The notes beneath the pieces were generated by a model. It was not told where the DNA came from. It ran no database searches and saw only the letters and a program-made list of their open reading frames with translations. Of a stretch of 64,000 nucleotides of DNA, positions 27,150 to 37,625 are shown one piece after another (position 1 is the stretch's first letter; each line of letters starts with the position of its first letter). The stretch lies in the NCBI GenBank assembly GCA_048941265.1, contig JBHLNT010000006.1:6987-70986 (forward strand), written 5' to 3'. Position numbers and translations under genes: made by a program. This DNA is from Promethearchaeota archaeon. Lineage in GTDB: Archaea > Asgardarchaeota > Lokiarchaeia > Sigyniarchaeales > SOKP01.

Positions 27150-30008
27150 ATGGATATAAACGCATATTCATTGGAAGTTCAAGATGTAGTTAACAAAATG
27201 GATACTTCATTGGAAACAGGATTATCGGAAAAAGAAGTAAATAGAAGAATTGAAGAATATGGTTTTAATGAGTTAAGAGAAACTAAAAAAATTTCAGCAT
27301 GGGAAATCTTTTTGAGTCAGTTTAAAGATTTTCTGGTTTACTTATTATTGTTTGCAATTGCTATATCCCTTATTGTTGGATTTTATGCACTCTCTGTTGG
27401 GGACGAACCTACTGAGTTCTTAGATGCTTTAGTAATTTTCATAATATTAATTGTCAATGCGGTTTTAGGATTTTATCAAGAGTATAAAGCTGAAAAAGCA
27501 TTAGAAAGCTTAAAAAGGATGGCCCCCCATAATGCTAAAGTTAAAAGAAATGGGATCATAAAAGAAATCGAGGTAAAAAATGTAGTGCCCGGAGATATCT
27601 TGCAATTGGATGAGGGCGATAAATTACCTGCTGATGCAAGGTTGACAAAAGCATATTCGTTATATATTGACGAAGCGATTCTTACTGGTGAATCTCAACC
27701 TGTTGGAAAAAATCTTAAATTAATTGAAGAAAAAACAATTCTCGCAGAACGTAAGAATATGGTATATAGTAATACAATAATTACTCGAGGTAACGGAGAA
27801 GCAATTGCTGTAGCAACCGGAATGCAGACAGAGATTGGAAAAATTGCTGAAAAAATTCAAGCAGAAGAACCTCAACCAAGCCCATTTCAAATTGAAGTTG
27901 ACCGTTTTGGAAAAACATTAGGAAAATTTATAATGATCATATGTTTTTTGGTTTTTTTAATAGAATTCTTTATAATCATATTAACTGAGGGTTTAGAATT
28001 TGGAAGGGAAGAAATTGATCATATAGTTGCCGCTTTAACGATAGCAATAAGTCTTGCAGTTTCTGCTGTACCAGAAGGATTAGTAGTTGTAATAACAGTA
28101 GTTATGAGTATTGGAATGAGAAAGATGGCAGATAGAAATGCATTGGTGAAGACTCTTACTGCTGTTGAAACTTTAGGACGGGTAAATATAATATGCTCAG
28201 ATAAAACAGGTACACTCACTAAAAATGAGATGACTATCGTAAAACTATTTCTCGGAGGAAATGAATATAATGTAGAGGGCGTGGGTTATAATATTGAGGG
28301 AAAAATTTTAAATGAATCTGGAAATACTGTGTCATTGGACTTACCCTATTTAAAGAGATTTTTAGAAGTAGGGAATTTTTGTAATAATTCAAATGTAATT
28401 GTTAATGAGGATGGAGTAAATACAGATGTTGTGGGAGACCCGACTGAGATCTGCTTTAAAATTTTAGCATTGAAAATGGGTCTTGATACAAAAGCTGAGA
28501 AGCTTAATGAAATCCCCTTTAGCTCTGATAGAAAAATGATGTCTGTTGCAATAAAAATCGATAATAAAATATATTCTTTTCTTAAAGGAGCACCCGATGT
28601 TTTATTAAAAAATGCAACAAAAGGACTTTATAATGGTGAAGAAAAACCAATTAAAGAGCTTATTGACACATTTCTTAAAAAAAATGAAGAGTATGGTAAG
28701 AATGCTTTAAGAGTATTAGGATTGGCATATAAACCGCTTAATGAAGTTTTTAATGAAGAAGATATGGAAAAAGATTATATATATCTCGGACTTGTAGGCA
28801 TTATTGATCCCGCTCGAGATGAGGTTAAAAAATCAATAGTTCAAGCAAGAATGGCAGGAATTCGAACTATTATGATCACAGGAGATCATAAAATTACCGC
28901 AATTGCGATTGCTAAAGAGATTGGTTTAACTGATTCCGATGATGCTATAACAGGTGCGGAGTTAGAGGAGATGTCGGATGAAAATTTAGCAAATCAGCTT
29001 CAAAATGTTGATGTATTTGCAAGAGTAACATCGGAGCATAAATTACGTATCCTTAAAGTCTTAAAGACTCAAGAAAATGTAGTTTCGATGACAGGTGATG
29101 GAGTTAACGATGCCCCCGCGGTAAAAGGAGCAAACGTTGGAGTTGCAATGGGCTTAAAGGGAACCGAAGTCACCCAAGAAGCGTCGGATATGATCCTTAT
29201 TGATGATAATTATGCTACCATTGTAAATGCGATCGAAGAAGGAAGGGGTATTTTTGAAACTACTAAAAGTTTCTTTAGATATATGTTAAGCGCGAATTTT
29301 GATGAAATAATCCTAATCTTAACAGCATGGATTCTTATGAAGCTTTTTGTTAATATTTATCTCGCGATACCCCTTGAACCTATACAAATATTATGGTTAA
29401 ATATTGCCACTGATGGTATTCCCGCGATGGTCTTGGGTTTAACTCCTACTGATCCTGATGTAATGAATTTTAAACCACGTAAAGGTTTTAATATGATTGC
29501 TGATATCAAGAAAGCTATTATATTTGTGGCTGTTTTTGCAGCTATTACTGATGTGGTATTATATGTTGTTTGTTGGTCAATTTTAATTCCTGCTTGGAGT
29601 GATCCAAATTCACCGTGGTATGATCCTCGTTTAGTCAATGGAACTACGATTTGGGGCGTGAAATATACAGCAGAGGAGTATCAAATTGGTGTAGTACAAA
29701 CGATTGTTTTTACTAATGTAGTCTTTTTCGAATTATTTTTTGTATTTTCATGTACTTCTGAATATAAACCAATGTGGGATTTCCCAAACAAACATTTATT
29801 CTGGGCCACAGCAATATCATTTGGATTACAAATTGCAATTTTATTTACACCACTTTGCATCGCATTCCACGCAGTACCGATGGATCGATGGTTTCACTGG
29901 TTAGCAATTTTTTTAGGTTCAATTTTTATTCTACCTGCGGAAGAAACAAGAAAATACTTTAAGAGAAGAAATCTTCAGAAAAGTCCACAAAATTTTGAGA
30001 TCTCATAA
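27150..30008 (+). CDS. P2-type (SERCA-like) cation-transporting P-type ATPase, copy 1
   Basis: TGES, PEGL, DKTGTLT, MITGDHKITA and GDGVNDAPA motifs plus 10 predicted TM segments. ATG at 27150 (the track uses GTG at 27141). Confidence 0.9.
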   Translation: MDINAYSLEVQDVVNKMDTSLETGLSEKEVNRRIEEYGFNELRETKKISAWEIFLSQFKDFLVYLLLFAIAISLIVGFYALSVGDEPTEFLDALVIFIILIVNAVLGFYQEYKAEKALESLKRMAPHNAKVKRNGIIKEIEVKNVVPGDILQLDEGDKLPADARLTKAYSLYIDEAILTGESQPVGKNLKLIEEKTILAERKNMVYSNTIITRGNGEAIAVATGMQTEIGKIAEKIQAEEPQPSPFQIEVDRFGKTLGKFIMIICFLVFLIEFFIIILTEGLEFGREEIDHIVAALTIAISLAVSAVPEGLVVVITVVMSIGMRKMADRNALVKTLTAVETLGRVNIICSDKTGTLTKNEMTIVKLFLGGNEYNVEGVGYNIEGKILNESGNTVSLDLPYLKRFLEVGNFCNNSNVIVNEDGVNTDVVGDPTEICFKILALKMGLDTKAEKLNEIPFSSDRKMMSVAIKIDNKIYSFLKGAPDVLLKNATKGLYNGEEKPIKELIDTFLKKNEEYGKNALRVLGLAYKPLNEVFNEEDMEKDYIYLGLVGIIDPARDEVKKSIVQARMAGIRTIMITGDHKITAIAIAKEIGLTDSDDAITGAELEEMSDENLANQLQNVDVFARVTSEHKLRILKVLKTQENVVSMTGDGVNDAPAVKGANVGVAMGLKGTEVTQEASDMILIDDNYATIVNAIEEGRGIFETTKSFFRYMLSANFDEIILILTAWILMKLFVNIYLAIPLEPIQILWLNIATDGIPAMVLGLTPTDPDVMNFKPRKGFNMIADIKKAIIFVAVFAAITDVVLYVVCWSILIPAWSDPNSPWYDPRLVNGTTIWGVKYTAEEYQIGVVQTIVFTNVVFFELFFVFSCTSEYKPMWDFPNKHLFWATAISFGLQIAILFTPLCIAFHAVPMDRWFHWLAIFLGSIFILPAEETRKYFKRRNLQKSPQNFEIS

Positions 30009-30223
30009 AAAGCGATCAGATTAAACAAGTTTAAACCTTTTTTTTTATGTTCTGTATACATCTAAGTATTTTAAAAATTTAAACTAAATATTTTAAAAAT
30101 TTAAAAATCCAAATTTATGACTATGACACTTTATTCCTTTAGGTTATCTTTTTAAATCTTATTTATTTTTTAATTTCATGTCATCTTTATTTTTTAATTA
30201 TTTATTGAAATTGCGGATCAATT

Positions 30224-33082
30224 ATGACGATTAAAGAAGTATATCCTCATGCGATGGATATTAATGAAGTCGCAAAATCATTGGACACATTATTAAGCAC
30301 GGGAATATCAGACCAAGAAGCTGAGAAACGATTAGATGAATATGGTTTAAATGAATTAATCCAAAGAAAAAAAATCTCTCCGCTTGCTATTTTTATTGAG
30401 CAGTTTAAAGATTTTCTCGTTTATTTGCTATTTTTTGCAATCGGCATTTCGATAATTGTGGGCTTTTATGAACTTTCCAAGGGTGGATTTCCCTCAGAAT
30501 TCTTAGATGCCTTAGTTATTTTCATTATTTTAATTTTAAATGCAATTTTGGGATTTTATCAGGAATTTAAGGCGGAAAAATCCTTAGAAAGCTTGAAAAA
30601 ATTAGCCCCTCATTACGCTAAGGTCAAGAGAGGGGGAAAAATTAAACAAATCAGTGTTAAAGAAGTGGTGCCCGGAGATGTCATTCAACTAGACGAGGGT
30701 GAAAAAATACCTGCCGACGCTCGATTAACAAAGGCTTTCTCGTTATATGTAGATGAAGCTATTCTTACTGGAGAGTCAAAACCAGTTCATAAAAATTTAG
30801 ATTTAGTGGACAAAAAAACGATATTGGCAGATAGAAAGAATAGTATCTACAGCAACACTATAATAACAAGGGGAAACGGAGAGGCAATTGTTATCGCTAC
30901 AGGGATGCAAACTGAAGTTGGAAAAATTGCCGAAAAAATTCAAGAAGAAGAGCCAGAACCAAGTCCTTTTCAGCAAGAAGTTGATCGATTCGGAAGATTT
31001 CTTGGAAAAATGATTATGCTTGTATGTTTTCTCGTATTTGCTATAGAATTAGTAATTATTATAACCTTTGAGGGACTTAGATTTCAGGCAGAAGAAATAG
31101 AAGAGATTATAAATGCGTTAACAGTTGCGATAAGCCTTGCAGTTTCTGCCGTACCAGAAGGGTTGGTAGTAGTTATTACGGTTGTAATGAGTTTAGGAAT
31201 GAGACGAATGGCCGATAAAAATGCATTAGTAAAAACTCTTACTGCTGTTGAGACGTTAGGACGTGTAAACGTCATATGCTCAGATAAAACAGGAACATTG
31301 ACTAAAAACGAAATGACGGTCGTACGGATTTTTATCAATGATGAGGTCTATAAAGTTGATGGAGTAGGATATAATATAATTGGGAAAATCCTTGATGAAA
31401 ATAATAATGTAATACAAATGAATCTTAATCTGATGCGTTTTTTAGAAGTTAGTATGTTTTGCAATAATTCTAGTGTAAATATCATGAATGATGATGGTGA
31501 TACGGAAGTTGTGGGCGATCCTACAGAAATTTCGTTAAAAGTTTTGGCAATGAAAATGAATATAGCAACGAAAATAGAAAAAATCGATGAGATACCTTTT
31601 AACTCAGATAGAAAAATGATGACTGTTATCGCAAGAATTAATGGGGAATTATTTGCACTAATTAAAGGAGCACCAGATGTCTTATTGAAAAAAGCAAGTA
31701 AAATTTTATACCAGGATCAGGATGTACCAATAGAGAAAGCTGAAAAAATGATTTTGGAGCAAAATGAATATTTTGCAAAAGAAGCTTTACGAGTATTAGG
31801 AATAGCTTATAAACCTCTAATTGAAGGATATAATGAAGAAGAGGTTGAAAAAGATTTTATTTTCTTAGGTTTAGTTGGGATCATCGATCCTGCTAGAGAT
31901 GAAGTAAAAGGGTCTATAGAAGAAGCAAGAAATGCGGGCATCAGAACTATAATGATTACAGGAGATCATAAAATTACTGCAATTGCGATAGCTAGACAAA
32001 TTGGATTAACAGATAATGATGAGGCGATTACTGGGGCTGAATTGGAAGAAATGTCCGATGCTGAATTAGCGCATAGAGTTAAAAATACCGATGTTTTTGC
32101 AAGAGTAACTTCCGAACATAAACTTCGCATTTTAAACGCACTAAAAGCTGAACAAGATATTGTTTCCATGACAGGAGATGGAGTAAATGATGCCCCCGCC
32201 GTAAAAGGTGCAAATGTTGGAGTCGCGATGGGGCTTAAAGGAACAGAAGTTACCCAAGAAGCGGCAGATATGATCCTAATTGATGATAATTACACTACGA
32301 TCGTTAATGCTATTGAGGAAGGGAGAGGAATATTCGAAACTACTAAGAGTTTTTTTAGATACATGCTAAGTTGTAATTTTGACGAAATCATAATGATTTT
32401 AGTAGCATGGATTTTGATGAAAATTTATGTTAATGTTTATCTAGCTCAACCACTAGAAGCTATACAAATTTTATGGTTAAATGTTGCAACAGATGGAATT
32501 CCAGCAATGGTATTAGGATTAACTCCAACAGAACCTAATGTTATGGAACATAAGCCACGTAAAGGCTTTAATATGATTTCAGATATAAAAAAGGCAATCA
32601 TCTTTGCTGCAGTCTTTGCTGCAATAACAGATGTAGGATTATATGTAATAGTATGGTGGTTAATTAGAGGTCCTACAGGAGATGGGGGGATTTGGATGAA
32701 TATGGACCCCCGGCTAGTAAATGGAGCGACTTTCTGGGGAATTAAATATTCTGCAGAAGAATATCAAATAGCAGTGGCACAATCTATTGTTTTTACAAAT
32801 GTCGTATTTTTTGAATTATTTTTTGTATTTTCATGCACCTCTGAAAGTAGACCTGTATGGGAATTTCGAAATAAGCACTTATTTTGGGCCACTGGAATTT
32901 CATTCGCCTTACACTTATGTATTCTATTTACACCATTAGCTATTGCTTTCCATACAGTCCCAATGGATAGATGGTATCACTGGGCAGCTATCTTTTTAGG
33001 CTCAGTCTTTATAATTCCAGCTGAAGAAATGAGAAAATACTTAGTTAGACGAAAAAAAAAAGCAATGGAAATAATTTATTGA
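30224..33082 (+). CDS. P2-type (SERCA-like) cation-transporting P-type ATPase, copy 2
   Basis: Same motif set as copy 1 and colinear with it over the full length. Confidence 0.9.
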   Translation: MTIKEVYPHAMDINEVAKSLDTLLSTGISDQEAEKRLDEYGLNELIQRKKISPLAIFIEQFKDFLVYLLFFAIGISIIVGFYELSKGGFPSEFLDALVIFIILILNAILGFYQEFKAEKSLESLKKLAPHYAKVKRGGKIKQISVKEVVPGDVIQLDEGEKIPADARLTKAFSLYVDEAILTGESKPVHKNLDLVDKKTILADRKNSIYSNTIITRGNGEAIVIATGMQTEVGKIAEKIQEEEPEPSPFQQEVDRFGRFLGKMIMLVCFLVFAIELVIIITFEGLRFQAEEIEEIINALTVAISLAVSAVPEGLVVVITVVMSLGMRRMADKNALVKTLTAVETLGRVNVICSDKTGTLTKNEMTVVRIFINDEVYKVDGVGYNIIGKILDENNNVIQMNLNLMRFLEVSMFCNNSSVNIMNDDGDTEVVGDPTEISLKVLAMKMNIATKIEKIDEIPFNSDRKMMTVIARINGELFALIKGAPDVLLKKASKILYQDQDVPIEKAEKMILEQNEYFAKEALRVLGIAYKPLIEGYNEEEVEKDFIFLGLVGIIDPARDEVKGSIEEARNAGIRTIMITGDHKITAIAIARQIGLTDNDEAITGAELEEMSDAELAHRVKNTDVFARVTSEHKLRILNALKAEQDIVSMTGDGVNDAPAVKGANVGVAMGLKGTEVTQEAADMILIDDNYTTIVNAIEEGRGIFETTKSFFRYMLSCNFDEIIMILVAWILMKIYVNVYLAQPLEAIQILWLNVATDGIPAMVLGLTPTEPNVMEHKPRKGFNMISDIKKAIIFAAVFAAITDVGLYVIVWWLIRGPTGDGGIWMNMDPRLVNGATFWGIKYSAEEYQIAVAQSIVFTNVVFFELFFVFSCTSESRPVWEFRNKHLFWATGISFALHLCILFTPLAIAFHTVPMDRWYHWAAIFLGSVFIIPAEEMRKYLVRRKKKAMEIIY

Positions 33083-33351
33083 TTTCCTTTTTTTCTTTCA
33101 TTTTTAAAGTTGTTTTTTTCTTAGAAAGTAAAATTATATTTAGTTAAATTTCAATATTCTATATTTTGAATCTTCGGTGAAAATTCATTATTTTATTAAA
33201 GTGTATTAAGCTGATACATTTTCTCTCAAGTCTAAAATCTTAGTTATAATTATATTTATCATTATTTTTAGGGCTATTTTTTATTAAAATAATTCTTGGA
33301 TTATTCATATTTGGAAATTGATGATAATTTAACTAAAGTTTTTTAGCAAAA

Positions 33352-34425
33352 GTGACTTCACTAAATTTAATAAATAATTATTCAAAATTAAAAATAAGAG
33401 TTGAAATCATATTGAGTGTAGATATAACCGAAGGTATTGGAAGTGGGAAAGTTACAATTAAAGTTATTACAACAAACACAGTAAGCATTACGGTATTGAC
33501 TGAAAAAAAATTTGGGGGAAAAGTCATACAACCTGAAGCTAAAGCTAATAGAGCAGTAGGAGAACATGGATTATCAATGAGTATTGAAATAGAAGGAGAG
33601 GGAAGTTCTCATCTTTTCTTATTCGATACAGGAGGACTCTCACAAGCGATAATTGAGAATGGTAAACAACTAGGATTAAAACTGAATGATGTTGAAAAAC
33701 TAATTATTAGTCATGGACATTTTGATCATTGGGGAGGTTTAACTGCTGTTATCCCATTGCTTAAAGAGGGAACAGAAATTATTTTAAATCCTAAATGTTT
33801 TGAGCAAAATTATGCAGCAATCAGTAAAACTGGCGAAGAGATTCCTGCTGAAGAATTAAGTGCAAATCTTAAACAATTGGAAAAAGAAGGAAAACTTAGA
33901 ATGAGCAGAAAATTACCTCTATTTAATAAGAATATGGTAAATGATTTAGCAGATAAACATAACCTAAAACTTATAGAAACTAACACACCTACTAAACTAT
34001 ATAATGGAATAACTACAAGTGGCGAAATAGAACTATTTGATGATGATGAGGTGACAAAGAATTTATATATTCAAAAAAGTAGAAAAGAATTTGAAAAGCA
34101 TCTATTCAGAGATGAAACTTCTATTTATATAAATATAAAAGATAAAGGTTTAGTTGTTTTAACTGGTTGTGGGCACTGTGGTATATTAAATACAATTAAG
34201 CATGCTCAAAAATTAACTGGCATTGACAAAATTTATGCTGTTATAGGAGGTTTCCATGAAGAATGGAACCCAATTGAGAAAATAGAGAAGAAAGTGAAAT
34301 ATTTTGAAGAACTTAATCCGGAAATAATCTGTGGCATGCATTGTACCGGTTTTGAATTTAATAAATTAATGTCCCGACACCCCTCCCACACACTTGGAGT
34401 TTCAGGAACTGAGTTTCATCTCTAA
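33352..34425 (+). CDS. MBL-fold protein of the MJ0301-like family; start uncertain
   Basis: EHGLSMSIEIEG...LFLFDTGG and SHGHFDHWGG are typical of the archaeal MJ0301-type metallo-beta-lactamase-fold family. The N-terminal approx 30 aa of the track ORF (GTG start) may not be translated. Confidence 0.6.
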   Translation: MTSLNLINNYSKLKIRVEIILSVDITEGIGSGKVTIKVITTNTVSITVLTEKKFGGKVIQPEAKANRAVGEHGLSMSIEIEGEGSSHLFLFDTGGLSQAIIENGKQLGLKLNDVEKLIISHGHFDHWGGLTAVIPLLKEGTEIILNPKCFEQNYAAISKTGEEIPAEELSANLKQLEKEGKLRMSRKLPLFNKNMVNDLADKHNLKLIETNTPTKLYNGITTSGEIELFDDDEVTKNLYIQKSRKEFEKHLFRDETSIYINIKDKGLVVLTGCGHCGILNTIKHAQKLTGIDKIYAVIGGFHEEWNPIEKIEKKVKYFEELNPEIICGMHCTGFEFNKLMSRHPSHTLGVSGTEFHL

Positions 34426-34454
34426 TCTAAAACTTATTTTTTTTATTTTTCTTC

Positions 34455-35534
34455 TTAAATCTCTTCAAATGTTTTAAAAAATAAGCCAATTCCTATAATT
34501 TTAAAAGTATCTTGTATATTTATATTATTTAAGGCAGAGGTTTCTATGAAAAAACAGCCTAATTCTTCGGATTTTTTCAGACCCTCTTCTTTAGAAACTT
34601 GTCTTTGGTCTTCTAAATCTATTTTATTTCCTATAAGAACAAAAGGTACGTTTCCTAATTCTTTACGAGCATCTTTATACCAGATATCTATAGCCTCCTC
34701 AAATGTCTTTCTTCGAGTGATATCATAAACCAAAAAAACACATTTCGCTCCAATATAATATTTATGCCTAATTAACTTAAAATATTCTTGACCTGCAATA
34801 TCATATATCAAGAATTTAATAAGTTCATTCTCAAAACCTTGAATATAATATTGTTGACTGGAAATTGAGATTCCTAAAGTGGGTCTATAATCTGAACTTT
34901 GCTTTTTCTGAAGAAAATTATTAACTAAGGTTGTTTTTCCAACCGCAGCAGAACCTAATACGATTAGTTTAAAAGCATGCCTTCTTGGTTTTTCGCTACT
35001 TATGCGATGTGTTAATTTAGCACTCATATTTAATGATTTTGACGGATCGACAGCATGACGATTCAATTCTAGGGAAAATTCACCGCTAATGTTTAAATCT
35101 GGAATTTTTAAACTATTATATTTAGGATCAAAACTATTTTCTAAAATTTGAGCAATTTTCTCCACGACTAGATATGCAATTGGAAAAAATTTATTTAAAT
35201 CTATATCAAGATTACAAACACATAATAAAATAGCTTCAGGACCAGACTCAAGATAAACAATTCGATTATTAGGAGTTTCAAATGAACCTGTGCCAAATTG
35301 ACCAATTTGATATTCTAATGATATCTTATTTAATAATTCTTCAATGGTTGCTGAAATTGGAGAATGAATCTCTTTTGATTTGATATCATTAATTTTATTA
35401 TTTAGTTTCAATTCGCCATATTTTGCGATTAATAGCCCTTGTCGTGAATAGAGAAAGACAATCTCGATATCGTTTCGTGCATCAATAAAATTCTTTAATA
35501 ATTGAGAAATTCTTTCTTGCTTTATAATTACCAT
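34455..35534 (-). CDS. Roadblock/longin-like domain fused to a Ras/Rab-like small GTPase
   Basis: The C-terminal G domain has GSAAVGKTT (G1), DIAGQE (G3), GNKIDL (G4) and ETSAL (G5). The N-terminal approx 140 aa show a Roadblock-like pattern (IEIVFLYSRQGLLIAKYG ... NRIVYLESGPEAILLCVCNLDIDLNK). Confidence 0.8.
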   Translation of the reverse strand: MVIIKQERISQLLKNFIDARNDIEIVFLYSRQGLLIAKYGELKLNNKINDIKSKEIHSPISATIEELLNKISLEYQIGQFGTGSFETPNNRIVYLESGPEAILLCVCNLDIDLNKFFPIAYLVVEKIAQILENSFDPKYNSLKIPDLNISGEFSLELNRHAVDPSKSLNMSAKLTHRISSEKPRRHAFKLIVLGSAAVGKTTLVNNFLQKKQSSDYRPTLGISISSQQYYIQGFENELIKFLIYDIAGQEYFKLIRHKYYIGAKCVFLVYDITRRKTFEEAIDIWYKDARKELGNVPFVLIGNKIDLEDQRQVSKEEGLKKSEELGCFFIETSALNNINIQDTFKIIGIGLFFKTFEEI

Positions 35535-35698
35535 TTATCTTTCTAATACTGGATTAGTTTATAGATATAAATTCTACTATCGTATTTCAGTCTGAAAATT
35601 AAATGTTTTCAATAATTTTAAATCTTTTTTAAAATTTACTTTATTAATAATTTAGACATATTAAAAGATAATTCTATATAATTAACGAGAGAATAAGA

Positions 35699-36388
35699 AT
35701 GAATATTGTTGAAGTTTTAAAGAAAAAAATCGAAAACGGTCAAAATGTTCTTACTGAATTCGAATCCAAAGAGCTTCTTAAGGAAATTGGCATTCCAATC
35801 CCTGCTCAGAATCTTACTAAAACTAAAGATGAAACTTTAGCTGCTGCTGAAAAGATAGGATTTCCAGTAGTTATGAAGCTTATGGCAGAAGATGTCGTCC
35901 ATAAATCGGATACTGGAGCAGTAAAGCTAAATATTAAAAATAAGGAAGAAGTAGGAAACGCTTACGATGAATTAATGAAAATACCATCACAATCAGAAAA
36001 GCAAATATCAGTTCAAAAAATGGCTGATGAACCCATAACTGAGCTTATAATTGGTATGACTACAGATGCCCAATTCGGCCCAGCTTTAATGTTTGGAATA
36101 GGGGGTATTTTAGTTGAACTTCTGGAAGATGTAAGTTTTAGAATTGCCCCCATTACGGAATACGATGCGAAAGAGATGATCCATGAAATTAAGGGATTTC
36201 CCATTCTAGATGGGTATAGAGGCAAACCTAAAGCGGATATTGATGCTATCGTTGATGCTTTACTAAAAATATCTGATCTCGTCGTAAAAAACGAGGAGAT
36301 TTATGAAATGGATTTAAATCCCGTTTTTATTTACGGAAAAGGATTAATCTGCGTTGATGCCAGGATTATCCTAAAAATGAAAGAATAA
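35699..36388 (+). CDS. ADP-forming acetyl-CoA synthetase beta-type ATP-grasp domain protein
   Basis: LTEFESKELLKEIGIPIP...GFPVVMKL...HKSDTGAVKLNI matches the ATP-grasp_5 pattern of ACD beta subunits. Confidence 0.75.
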   Translation: MNIVEVLKKKIENGQNVLTEFESKELLKEIGIPIPAQNLTKTKDETLAAAEKIGFPVVMKLMAEDVVHKSDTGAVKLNIKNKEEVGNAYDELMKIPSQSEKQISVQKMADEPITELIIGMTTDAQFGPALMFGIGGILVELLEDVSFRIAPITEYDAKEMIHEIKGFPILDGYRGKPKADIDAIVDALLKISDLVVKNEEIYEMDLNPVFIYGKGLICVDARIILKMKE

Positions 36389-36393
36389 ACCAA

Positions 36394-37299
36394 TTATATT
36401 TTTCTTCTATTTTTTAAAAATAATAAATCTAAAATCTCTTTATAGCGTTTACATAACGAAATATTCGTAATTTGTGCTACTTTGGCAACCTCTTTTTGGC
36501 TAATGGTTATATTTATCATTTTACAAACCAAATATAGTGCACTTGCTGCAATAACTCTTGGATCCTTGCCTGTTGAGCAAGATCTTGAGGTAAATGATCT
36601 AATTATTTTTATTGTAGGAGATTCCACCTTAAAATCTAATTTCAATTCCGAAATAAATCTTGGAACGAATAAAATGGGATCTGGAGGAGGAGTTTTTAAA
36701 TTTAATTCTTTTATTAGCGTCTTGTAGCAATTATATATTTCTTTTGAATTTTCATGCTTTAAATTTGCTTTATTTGAAATTTCTTTTAATGATCTTGAGA
36801 TTTGTTTGACTCTACAAACGTAAAATATACAAGCAGCTACCATTCCATTAATACTTCTCCCGCTTAGCATATTATCTTTAAGATATCTTTTGTATAATGT
36901 CATTGCCATGTCTTTAACATAGCGGGGCAATCTCAAACTTGCCGTAATTCGTTTTATTTCATTACCAGAAATAAGAAGATTTTTTTCGTTCCATTCAATT
37001 AATTTGTCCTTTTTTGCAGCTCTTTTTAAATCTGGATTTCTAATATGATTAATTTTTATAATTGTACTTTGATTAAGATTGGAAAAGATAGTTTGAGGGG
37101 GACCTGTTGTAAGTTTTTTTTCTATTTCTTCTGAAGTAAAAAATCTTAGACCAATGTTGAAATTATCAATATTTCTTTCACTTATTATTAATCCACAATT
37201 ATTACAGATAATTTCCCCTTTTTCTTGTATAAATGTGTCTTTGCCACCACATTCGAGGCATGTCATTTTCTCAATTGACGGAGAAGAGTCTGCTTCCAT
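36394..37299 (-). CDS. tfb: Transcription initiation factor B (TFIIB homolog)
   Basis: N-terminal Zn ribbon CLECGGKDTFIQEKGEIICNNCG followed by two cyclin-fold repeats. Length is typical. Confidence 0.9.
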   Translation of the reverse strand: MEADSSPSIEKMTCLECGGKDTFIQEKGEIICNNCGLIISERNIDNFNIGLRFFTSEEIEKKLTTGPPQTIFSNLNQSTIIKINHIRNPDLKRAAKKDKLIEWNEKNLLISGNEIKRITASLRLPRYVKDMAMTLYKRYLKDNMLSGRSINGMVAACIFYVCRVKQISRSLKEISNKANLKHENSKEIYNCYKTLIKELNLKTPPPDPILFVPRFISELKLDFKVESPTIKIIRSFTSRSCSTGKDPRVIAASALYLVCKMINITISQKEVAKVAQITNISLCKRYKEILDLLFLKNRRKI

Positions 37300-37625
37300 A
37301 CAAAATGCCTTTTTTTATGATTTTATAAAAAGAATTGCAGTAAATTAATAAGATATGTCTATAATGTATATGAAAAATGTTATATTTAAACTCACTTTAG
37401 TAATTAATAAAAAATATTTCTGTTAAATCCATAATACAAAATATTTTATTATTATCACAAATAATTATTGATAATTTTATTTAGGGGAATTAAACATTTA
37501 AATAGACAAATTTTAAAATAATATTTATACCTATAGTTTGTAATAAACATTTAATCTTTAAAAAAAGATAAAAACAAATAGGTAATCTTAATAAAAAATA
37601 AATTTAAAATTAGAAACCTTCGGGG

